A DNA stretch of 32,396 nucleotides from a virus (taxonomy: Duplodnaviria; Caudoviricetes): positions 1-32,396 of IMG/VR virus record IMGVR_UViG_3300025086_000129, one strand, 5' to 3'. Below are positions 1 through 7,470 of the stretch, one piece after another (position 1 is the stretch's first letter; the number at the start of each line of letters is the position of its first letter). The notes under the pieces are model-generated. The model had not been told where the DNA came from, searched no databases, and was given only the letters and a program-made list of their open reading frames with translations. Position numbers and translations under genes: made by a program.

Positions 1-120
1 AAGAAAAAACTAAAGGAAATACAAAATCTGCTAAATAAAATAGAGCAAAAGACAGATTGGATAATGAAATCAAATATCAATTTAATATTAGAAAGCCATG
101 ACAGAACAAGAAATTCTTAA
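1..120 (+). CDS. 3' end of an upstream hypothetical protein (partial)
   Basis: Frame 1 is open from base 1 (KKKLKEIQNLLNKIEQKTDWIMKSNINLILESHDRTRNS) to TAA at 118-120, overlapping the next start at 98. Confidence 0.55.
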   Translation, partial: KKKLKEIQNLLNKIEQKTDWIMKSNINLILESHDRTRNS

Positions 121-829
121 AAAACTTGAAAATGATCAAGACTATTATGGTGAGTTTGGAAGTCAATACTTATCTCAATCTAAAATAGGTACGATACTTA
201 ATGCTCCTTATGAATTTCACAAGAAAGTAGACCATGATCATCTGTCTATTGCTAATTTTGAGTTTGGAATTTATTTTCATGCGTTAATGCTAGAGCCACA
301 CAAGTCTAAGTCATATGAATTTATAGATATTAAATCACGAAGAACTAAAAAGTTTGAAGAGGCTTGGAAAAAAAATAAAAAAATTCTGACCGTGGAAGAG
401 GGTGAATTAGCTATGGAGCTGGCAAACATAATGCAAAGCAATGATGAGTTTGCTCCATATATATATGATGATCAAAATGAATATGAAAAACCTGGACTTA
501 TTAAGATTCAAAATACAATTTGGAAAGGGAAAGCCGATGTTATCACTCCGCATAATGTCATAGATTTAAAAACAACCAGCAATATACACAGGTTTAATTA
601 TAGTTTTAAGGACTATTATTATTCATGCCAGGCATGGTTGTACGAAAAAATGTTTGGCAAACCAATGCTGTTCTTCGTTGTTTGCAAAAAGAATAAGATT
701 TTAGGAAAATATCAGGTGTCTTCTGATTGGGCTAAGCAACATGGAGAGGATAATGTCCTGAAAGCAATAGATTATTATAACAGGTATGTAATTGGCAATG
801 AAACATTCTATGTGGAACAAGATTTATAA
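98..829 (+). CDS. PD-(D/E)XK exonuclease, RecE/ExoVIII C-terminal (DUF3799)-like
   Basis: N-terminal YLSQSKI and FGIYFHALMLEP motifs, catalytic KGKAD...IDLKTT, and YYYSCQAWLY. It sits next to an SSB-like gene. Confidence 0.85.
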   Translation: MTEQEILKKLENDQDYYGEFGSQYLSQSKIGTILNAPYEFHKKVDHDHLSIANFEFGIYFHALMLEPHKSKSYEFIDIKSRRTKKFEEAWKKNKKILTVEEGELAMELANIMQSNDEFAPYIYDDQNEYEKPGLIKIQNTIWKGKADVITPHNVIDLKTTSNIHRFNYSFKDYYYSCQAWLYEKMFGKPMLFFVVCKKNKILGKYQVSSDWAKQHGEDNVLKAIDYYNRYVIGNETFYVEQDL

Positions 830-962
830 TTGGTTTTACAAGAAAAATAAATTTGAATTGTGGGTTAAAGTTCCAATGACCTGCGATTCAAAAGAGGATA
901 AGACAGATATAATCTTAGCCCTAATGGATTTATTGGAGCGTAATATAAAAGTAAAAAAATGA
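810..962 (+). CDS. Small hypothetical protein (50 aa), absent from the ORF track
   Basis: ATG at 810 gives MWNKIYNWFYKKNKFELWVKVPMTCDSKEDKTDIILALMDLLERNIKVKK. Its TGA (960-962) overlaps the next ATG (959-961) as ATGA and it fills the gap exactly. Confidence 0.65.
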   Translation: MWNKIYNWFYKKNKFELWVKVPMTCDSKEDKTDIILALMDLLERNIKVKK

Positions 963-1219
963 GTACATACGTACATAAAACTGGAAAAGGTAGTATTTTT
1001 GCGAACGAGAATAGGACAGATGATAACAACCAACCCCACTACACGGGTAGTTGTAAAGATCCAAACGGAGTAGATTGGAAAATTTCTGCTTGGGTTAATA
1101 AAGCACAAGACGGAAAGAAAAGTTATTTAAGCATGAACTTTGAAACTCCAAAACCTAAAGTAGAGCAAACGGCATCGAGTGTAGGCACACCAGAAGATGA
1201 TTTATCAATCGACTTCTAA
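959..1219 (+). CDS. Small single-stranded DNA-binding-like protein (DUF736-like)
   Basis: GSIFAN..QPHYTG..WKISAW..YLSM pattern with an acidic C-terminal tail ending in Phe (EDDLSIDF). It lies between the exonuclease and primase genes. Confidence 0.65.
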   Translation: MSTYVHKTGKGSIFANENRTDDNNQPHYTGSCKDPNGVDWKISAWVNKAQDGKKSYLSMNFETPKPKVEQTASSVGTPEDDLSIDF

Positions 1220-1234
1220 ATTTAGTTAATCATT

Positions 1235-1296
1235 AGGGGTGCAAGAAATAGGAAACTGTGATGCATCACGATAAAGTTACACTAACTTGCTCCCCT
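1235..1296 (+). promoter_or_regulatory. Structured intergenic element (terminator/attenuator-like stem with internal palindrome)
   Basis: AGGGGTGCAAG (1235-1245) pairs with CTTGCTCCCCT (1286-1296) with one mismatch and is followed by TTTATT. The 40-nt loop contains the perfect palindrome GTGATGCATCAC (1258-1269). Confidence 0.55.
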
Positions 1297-1314
1297 TTTA
1301 TTAAATCACAACAA

Positions 1315-3744
1315 TTGAATCAAATAGAAATTACAATATTTAAAAATATTAAGGACACTTCTACTCCTTTTTACCGACCACTATCTTTTATTCTACAAAG
1401 AATTGAGTTGGGTAAATCAAAAGATTTGATTCAAAAAATTCGTAAAGAAAAAGACAAAACAAAAAGAAATTTATTAAAGCAAGAACTACCAGCAATATGT
1501 TTTTCTGGAAAGTTTCAAAAAAGAAATGATGATTCCCTGGTTGAATACAGTGGCATTATTTGTTTAGATTTTGATGGCTTTAAAACAAAAAAAGATTTAG
1601 AAGATTACAAAATATCCTTAATGGATAATGATTTTGTATACAGTGCATTTCATTCCCCCAGTGGTTACGGGCTTAAAGTTTTAATCAAAGTGCCTATTGA
1701 CCCGGATAATCACACAAATTATTTCAAAGCTTTATCAAAACAATTTAACAATGAATATTTTGATTCTACTAGTAAAAACATAAGCAGAGTATGTTATGAA
1801 TCATACGATCCTTTTATTTATATCAACGAAGACAGTAAATTATTTGATGAAATTATAGAGGAAGACTTTGAAGAAAAGAACACTCACACAAGCGTTCCTG
1901 TGTTTCCAATTAAGAATGAAAACAAAATTGTAGAGATACTCATGAAGTGGTGGGTAAAAAAATATGGTTTGATTGAGGGAGAGAGAAACAATAATGTATA
2001 TATCCTTGCGGCGGCCTTCAATGACTTTGGAGTAAATAAAAATTTAGCAGAATATATTATGAAAGACTTTGAAAGCTCCTCATTTTCTGCTGTGGAAATA
2101 CAAACCACAATTGACTCAGCATATCGCAATGTATCAAACTTTGGTACAAAATTTTACGAAGATGAATCTAAAATAAGCAACGTAAAAAAAAAATTAAAAA
2201 GTGGAGAGTCTAAGCAACAAGTAAGACAATTCTTAAAATCACAGAATGTAAGCACCGAAGCCATTGATCAAATCATATATGATTTTGACACTAAAAGTTC
2301 TAATAAAATTTTTTGGCACAAAAGCGAAAAAGGCAAGATAACAATCATTCATAATTTATTTAGAGACTTCCTGCACCTTAACGGGTTTTATAAATATACT
2401 CCAGAGGGTAGCAAGAGTTCTATCTTTGTAAGAGTAGAAAACAATTTGATTGACCACACTAGCGAGGATGAAATAAAAGATTTTGTGTTGCAATACCTTG
2501 ATTCCTTGGAAGATAAATCTGTTTATAATTTCTTCGCTGACAAAACCAGATATTTTAAAGATGATTTTTTATCTATGCTCAAATCAGTTGATGTTTACTT
2601 TATAGCAGATACCAGGGATACAGCATATTTATATTTTCAAAACTGTGCAGTGAAAATAGATAAAGAAACTACCACTATCATTGACTACTTAGATTTAGAG
2701 GGGTTTGTTTGGAAGGATCATGTCATCCATCGAACCTATACAGAATGTCAGGATACACATTGTGATTTCAAAACTTTTATTTCAAATGTTTGTAGCACTG
2801 ATGCCGTTAGAATAAAATCTATGGAAAGCACTCTTGGCTACTTGCTTCATGGTCATAAAAATTTATCATATTCTCCGGCAGTTATACTTAATGATGAGGT
2901 GATTTCAGATCAACCCAATGGCGGTACAGGTAAGTCGTTGTTAGTCAACGCTTTAGGTCAGATGAAAAAATTAGTAATAATTGATGGTAAGGCTTTTGCT
3001 TTTGAAAGATCCTTTGCTTATCAATTAGTTTCCGCCGATACGCAATTATTATGCTTTGATGATATAAAAAAACATTTTGAATTTGAAAGGTTGTTTAGTG
3101 TGGTTACTGAGGGTATTACCTTAGAGAAAAAAAATAAAGATGCAATTAAAATACCATTTGAAAAATCTCCGAAATTAATTCTCACCACTAACTACGCGGT
3201 TAAAGGCGCGGGCCAGAGTTTTGAAAGAAGAAAATGGGAGCTAGAATTCAAACAACACTACACAACAACCAACACCCCATACATGGAGTTTGGTAAATTA
3301 TTTTTTGGGGATTGGAACGAAAAGGAATGGTGTGCGTTTGATAACTATATGATCGAATCATTACAGTTGTATTTAAAAAATGGTTTGATAAAAAGTGAGT
3401 TTGTTAATTTGAAGATTAGAAAATTATCAGCAGAAACATGTCATGAATTTATCGAATGGTGTGGGTTATTGTCTGGAACACCGGGGTCAGACAAACTTAG
3501 ATTCAATGACAAACTTTATAAGCATGAGTTATATATAGATTTCATACAAGACAACCCTGATTTTGCGCCAAAAGCAAAAATGACCGTGTCTAGAGTAAAG
3601 TTTTATCAGTGGCTAGTTTCCTATGGAGTCTATGCGACTGGTGTGAATCCGGAGGAGGGCAGAGACAGCAAGAGCAGGTGGATATTATTTAATGATGAAA
3701 CAAAACAAATTACTGATGAGGCAAAATCCCAGTTGGATTTCTGA
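1315..3744 (+). CDS. Primase-helicase fusion: VirE N-terminal/BT4734-like primase domain, PriCT-like region, SF3/D5-like P-loop helicase
   Basis: KQELPAICFSG, GIICLDFD, SPSGYGLKVL and SRVCYESYDP (VirE-N/AEP-like); GERNNNVY (PriCT-like); Walker A NGGTGKS and Walker B LLCFDD. The ORF track starts at 1258, inside the hairpin; the in-frame TTG at 1315 after an A-rich leader is the more likely start (inference). Confidence 0.85.
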   Translation: MNQIEITIFKNIKDTSTPFYRPLSFILQRIELGKSKDLIQKIRKEKDKTKRNLLKQELPAICFSGKFQKRNDDSLVEYSGIICLDFDGFKTKKDLEDYKISLMDNDFVYSAFHSPSGYGLKVLIKVPIDPDNHTNYFKALSKQFNNEYFDSTSKNISRVCYESYDPFIYINEDSKLFDEIIEEDFEEKNTHTSVPVFPIKNENKIVEILMKWWVKKYGLIEGERNNNVYILAAAFNDFGVNKNLAEYIMKDFESSSFSAVEIQTTIDSAYRNVSNFGTKFYEDESKISNVKKKLKSGESKQQVRQFLKSQNVSTEAIDQIIYDFDTKSSNKIFWHKSEKGKITIIHNLFRDFLHLNGFYKYTPEGSKSSIFVRVENNLIDHTSEDEIKDFVLQYLDSLEDKSVYNFFADKTRYFKDDFLSMLKSVDVYFIADTRDTAYLYFQNCAVKIDKETTTIIDYLDLEGFVWKDHVIHRTYTECQDTHCDFKTFISNVCSTDAVRIKSMESTLGYLLHGHKNLSYSPAVILNDEVISDQPNGGTGKSLLVNALGQMKKLVIIDGKAFAFERSFAYQLVSADTQLLCFDDIKKHFEFERLFSVVTEGITLEKKNKDAIKIPFEKSPKLILTTNYAVKGAGQSFERRKWELEFKQHYTTTNTPYMEFGKLFFGDWNEKEWCAFDNYMIESLQLYLKNGLIKSEFVNLKIRKLSAETCHEFIEWCGLLSGTPGSDKLRFNDKLYKHELYIDFIQDNPDFAPKAKMTVSRVKFYQWLVSYGVYATGVNPEEGRDSKSRWILFNDETKQITDEAKSQLDF

Positions 3745-3994
3745 TTTTAATTGGTGTGTTGATAATGATTGGCAGGTATACATTGTACCTGGCACTTATA
3801 AAGATCATAGGATTGCTATACGTAAAGGTGGTATCACGGCTCACGGCAAAGATTATAGAAGAGATGTGTACGGGACAGAATATTACAGCAGTGAAATCGT
3901 GGGATCTAAATTATATAAGACCCAAAAAGAAGCGATGTATAATTTAAGAAATGTATATAAACAGTTGAGAAATAAGTATGGCGGTAAAATTTAG
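3692..3994 (+). CDS. Hypothetical protein
   Basis: 100-aa ORF overlapping both neighbours within the replication block. No recognisable motif. Confidence 0.65.
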   Translation: MMKQNKLLMRQNPSWISDFNWCVDNDWQVYIVPGTYKDHRIAIRKGGITAHGKDYRRDVYGTEYYSSEIVGSKLYKTQKEAMYNLRNVYKQLRNKYGGKI

Positions 3995-5213
3995 ATCATA
4001 TCAATCTGAAATTATAAGTAAAGCTACTGATTTACTTTATAAAAACAAATTACTATACCTTGCTATGGAAGTAAGAACAGGTAAAACTCTTACATCTTTA
4101 GGTGTATGTAATAATTTACCCGTAAACAATGTTTTGTTTATTACAAAAAAGAAAGCTATTTCTTCGATCGAAAATGATTATGATATGTTAGCTCCTGATT
4201 TCTATTTACAAGTTATAAATTATGAAAGCTTACACAAAATTAAAAAGAGGGGTTGGGATGTTATTATAGCAGATGAGGCTCACAGCATGGGTGCATTTCC
4301 TAAGCCTAGCAAAAGAGCAAAACAGGTAAAAGAACTATTACAAATCAACTCACCATACTATATTTTATTATCTGGCACACCTACTCCTGAATCTTACTCT
4401 CAAATGTACCACCAGGTTTATGGGCATCCAAGTAATCCTTTCTGTAATTTTGCTAACTTTTATAAGTTTGCAAAGCTTTATGTAAACTTGAGGGTTAAAT
4501 ACCTGCATGGATACACAACAAATGATTATTCTTATGGCAAAACATCTATATTAAATTCCATGAGACCATACACCATATCTTATACTCAAAAGCAGGCTGG
4601 ATACAAGGTTGAGACTAAAGAAACGGTGTTATCTGTCCCGCTACTTGAATCAACCTATAAATTATGTAAGAGATTGAAAAAAGATTTGGTGGTGCAAGGA
4701 AAGGATGAGGTTATACTAGCAGACACTGGAGTAAAATTAATGAGTAAGCTACACCAGTTATATTCTGGTACAGTAAAGTTTGAAAGCGGTAAGTCTATGG
4801 TGGTTGATTCAAGCAAAGCTAAATTTATAAAGAAAAGATTTAAGGATAAGAAGATTGGAATCTTTTATAAATTTACTGCAGAATTGAAAGCCTTGAAAGA
4901 AGAATTTGGAGATACGCTATGCACCGAGCTTACTGAGTTTGAGTCTACAAATAAAAATATAGCACTCCAAATTGTTAGTGGAAGAGAAGGAATCAGCTTG
5001 AAGCAAGCAGATTGTTTGGTGTATTACAATATTGATTTTAGCGCCACATCTTATTGGCAATCAAGGGATAGGATGACTACCAAAGACAGACTTAAAAATG
5101 ATATATATTGGGTGTTTAGTAAGGGTGGTATAGAGGATCAAATATATAGAGCTGTATCTAAAAAGAAGGATTACACACTTCAACATTTTAAAAGAGATTT
5201 ATTATCTTTATAG
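3978..5213 (+). CDS. SF2 (SNF2-like) helicase
   Basis: Q-motif FRSYQ, Walker A variant MEVRTGKT, DEAH box, motif III LSGTP, and C-terminal SGREGISL and QSRDR. Confidence 0.9.
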   Translation: MAVKFRSYQSEIISKATDLLYKNKLLYLAMEVRTGKTLTSLGVCNNLPVNNVLFITKKKAISSIENDYDMLAPDFYLQVINYESLHKIKKRGWDVIIADEAHSMGAFPKPSKRAKQVKELLQINSPYYILLSGTPTPESYSQMYHQVYGHPSNPFCNFANFYKFAKLYVNLRVKYLHGYTTNDYSYGKTSILNSMRPYTISYTQKQAGYKVETKETVLSVPLLESTYKLCKRLKKDLVVQGKDEVILADTGVKLMSKLHQLYSGTVKFESGKSMVVDSSKAKFIKKRFKDKKIGIFYKFTAELKALKEEFGDTLCTELTEFESTNKNIALQIVSGREGISLKQADCLVYYNIDFSATSYWQSRDRMTTKDRLKNDIYWVFSKGGIEDQIYRAVSKKKDYTLQHFKRDLLSL

Positions 5214-5214
5214 T

Positions 5215-5463
5215 ATGACTGAACAGCAAATTCAAGCCAAGAGAATTAAGCAGTTAGAGTCAGCTGGTTACTACGTAATTAAATTAATTAAAACAAATAA
5301 GAATGGTATCCCTGATGTGATAGCTATACCACATGGGGCGGATGTTATTTTTTCTGAAATAAAAAAACCAAAGGGTAGAGTTTCTAAACTTCAAGAATAT
5401 AGATTAAAAGAATTGGAAGGGTATGGGTTTACAGTCGAAGTATATAGAGGAGAAGAACGTTGA
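5215..5463 (+). CDS. VRR-NUC domain nuclease (PD-(D/E)XK, putative junction resolvase)
   Basis: MTEQQIQ..NGIPDVI..FSEIKKPKGRVSKLQ..L...GF pattern, directly after the SNF2 helicase as is typical in phages. Confidence 0.85.
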   Translation: MTEQQIQAKRIKQLESAGYYVIKLIKTNKNGIPDVIAIPHGADVIFSEIKKPKGRVSKLQEYRLKELEGYGFTVEVYRGEER

Positions 5464-5758
5464 AGTAGAAGATTTATTTGTGCAAAACATAAGGGGCTTT
5501 GGAATTAAAAAAGCTATTCCTATTTCTAGATACTTAGAAGACATGATAAACCAGGTAGAGACAGATGAGCAAGAGCAAATTATAGGTGGAGCATTAAATA
5601 TAAAGTCTGAGGTATTATATTTTGAGATAGAATTTTTGAAATATCTAAGTAATTCATTAATTTTGATAGACATCCGTGAGATAGAGGTAAACGACTACCT
5701 AGACTATATAAATGCCGGATACTACTTGACTTATGAGAAAAGCAACCAAACGTTTTAA
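5423..5758 (+). CDS. Hypothetical acidic protein
   Basis: 111-aa ORF overlapping both neighbours on the same strand. Start uncertain. Confidence 0.6.
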   Translation: MGLQSKYIEEKNVEVEDLFVQNIRGFGIKKAIPISRYLEDMINQVETDEQEQIIGGALNIKSEVLYFEIEFLKYLSNSLILIDIREIEVNDYLDYINAGYYLTYEKSNQTF

Positions 5759-6101
5759 GATTTTAGATTTATACAAGGAGAATCCCAAGATGCCTGTAAC
5801 TAATATATGTGCGCTAACAAATAGTTCTGAGTTCTATGTCAAAACAGTTATTGCTGACTATCACACACAAAACGCTGTATACTATGATATATGTCTCGCT
5901 TCAAGCCTTAGTGATGATAATACCTTTTATCTTTTTTCAAGCAATGGTTCGGAAAAAACAATTAAACTTAAAGAAAAAATAGTTTTTACTGACGATGATT
6001 TGACTCAGCTAGAAAAATTTTATATTACTACCAACTTAGGTATTAAGGAATTTGCAAAATATTCTTCTATTTTTTGTGTTTTTATGATATTATTTTACTA
6101 A
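5733..6101 (+). CDS. Hypothetical protein with possible N-terminal helix-turn-helix
   Basis: KILDLYKENPKMPVTNICALTNSSEFYVKTVI resembles the hydrophobic pattern of AsnC/MarR-type HTH domains. Confidence 0.5.
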   Translation: MRKATKRFKILDLYKENPKMPVTNICALTNSSEFYVKTVIADYHTQNAVYYDICLASSLSDDNTFYLFSSNGSEKTIKLKEKIVFTDDDLTQLEKFYITTNLGIKEFAKYSSIFCVFMILFY

Positions 6102-6176
6102 CTTACGTGTAACGCAATTAATTTAAACATATACTCAACTGGGAAATTACTATTGTTTCATGTAAACGTAGATTAA

Positions 6177-6365
6177 ATGACCTTTAAAAACCCATCAAGA
6201 GTTAACTTCACTTACATCAATAAATTGATGGGGGAAATCCACGACCACTCTGATGAGATCTACGAGTCGCTTGCTGATCAAGATTATGTAACCTTAGATC
6301 ACAATATAAATTCTTTAATTCAACTGCTCAAACAAACCCAACTAAATTACCAGGATGAAATCTAA
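6177..6365 (+). CDS. Small acidic helical protein
   Basis: 62-aa ORF with an amphipathic-helix pattern. It overlaps the phosphoesterase start by 11 nt. Confidence 0.65.
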   Translation: MTFKNPSRVNFTYINKLMGEIHDHSDEIYESLADQDYVTLDHNINSLIQLLKQTQLNYQDEI

Positions 6366-7470
6366 ATCTACTAAAACCTACGGTAGAAGGCTACGCCTTT
6401 CACCAAGTGAAGAAGAATTGATACTCGAGTATCGATCAAACGCATTTGTAAATGTGAATGAAAATGAAAACTCTGAGTTAGCTAAACATCTTCAAGAAAG
6501 AGGTATAGATCCAGATTCAGTTGTAAGTGTAAAGCACTGGCAAAGCGCATCAGGTGAATACAGATTCTCTATAGTTACCAAGGATGACTACGGTTTAGAT
6601 GAAGGTCAAATGATGAAGAATGTAAATAAATTTATTCATGATCATGCGCCCACATATAAAAGCATTAGAAGATCTAAAAGCACGGATCCTCACTTATTAG
6701 TTATAAACCCAGCTGACATTCATATTGGCAAGTACGCTCAAGAAGTTGAGACAGGAGAAGAATACAATACAGATGTAGCTTGCGATAGAGTGATTGAAGG
6801 GGTAAAGGGACTACTGGCTAAGTCTATAGGGTTTGATGTCGAGAAAATATTATTTTGCATAGGTAATGATGTGTTGCATGTTGATAATGTATATAATACC
6901 ACTACCAAGGGCACAAGGCAAGACACAGATGGTAAGTGGTGGGAGCATTACGAAGTGGCATTAAAACTTTATGTAAAGTGTATTGAGATGTTGAGAGCGG
7001 TTGCTCCTGTAGATGTTGTTCACAGTATGAGTAATCATGATTATCAATCAGGCTTTCACTTAGCCCATACATTGCAAGCATGGTTTAGAAAAGCAAAAGA
7101 TGTTACGTTTGATATTACAGTAAACCACAGAAAGTATTATCAATATGGAAGCTCATTAATTGGATTAGAGCATGGTGATGGTGCAAAGCTTGCGGATCTA
7201 CCTTTACTGATGGCTCAAGAAAAACCTATGATGTGGGCGCAAGCTAAAAGAAGATACTGGTACTTACATCATTTACACCACAAAGTAAAACACAAATGGC
7301 TAGATGGAAAAGATTTTGTTGGGGTGACTGTGGAGTATTTAAGAAGCCCTTCGTCTGCAGATAGCTGGCATAGTCGCAAAGGATACACTGGCTCTCCTAA
7401 AGCTGTTGAAGGATTCGTTCATCACCTAGAGCACGGACAGGTAGCTAGACTTACTCATTACTTTCACTAA
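6355..7470 (+). CDS. Calcineurin-like metallophosphoesterase
   Basis: Metal-binding motifs DIHIG, GNDVLHVD, SNHD, EHGD and HHLHH in canonical order, after an N-terminal extension of about 110 aa. Confidence 0.88.
   Translation: MKSKSTKTYGRRLRLSPSEEELILEYRSNAFVNVNENENSELAKHLQERGIDPDSVVSVKHWQSASGEYRFSIVTKDDYGLDEGQMMKNVNKFIHDHAPTYKSIRRSKSTDPHLLVINPADIHIGKYAQEVETGEEYNTDVACDRVIEGVKGLLAKSIGFDVEKILFCIGNDVLHVDNVYNTTTKGTRQDTDGKWWEHYEVALKLYVKCIEMLRAVAPVDVVHSMSNHDYQSGFHLAHTLQAWFRKAKDVTFDITVNHRKYYQYGSSLIGLEHGDGAKLADLPLLMAQEKPMMWAQAKRRYWYLHHLHHKVKHKWLDGKDFVGVTVEYLRSPSSADSWHSRKGYTGSPKAVEGFVHHLEHGQVARLTHYFH

Noticed and set aside
98-829. Cas4 / CRISPR-associated nuclease
   Set aside because: It lacks the 1+3 Fe-S cysteine arrangement of Cas4, and I see no repeat-spacer array or other cas genes in the window.
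836-1108. 90-aa minus-strand ORF
   Set aside because: Antisense shadow of the SSB-like gene and the 50-aa ORF in an otherwise uniformly + strand block.
1258-1314. N-terminal 19 codons of the primase ORF as given in the track
   Set aside because: They start inside a palindrome/hairpin with no A-rich leader. The TTG at 1315 fits the start context better.
6099-6179. ORF 5733-6101 and ORF 6177-6365 are in the same frame, suggesting read-through or a recoded stop
   Set aside because: Two TAA stops intervene (6099 and 6174), and the rest of the window is fully coding under the standard code.
1884-6926. Nested or antisense ORFs 1884-2129, 3756-3947, 5404-5673 and 6738-6926
   Set aside because: They lie within or opposite better-supported genes and have no recognisable motifs.
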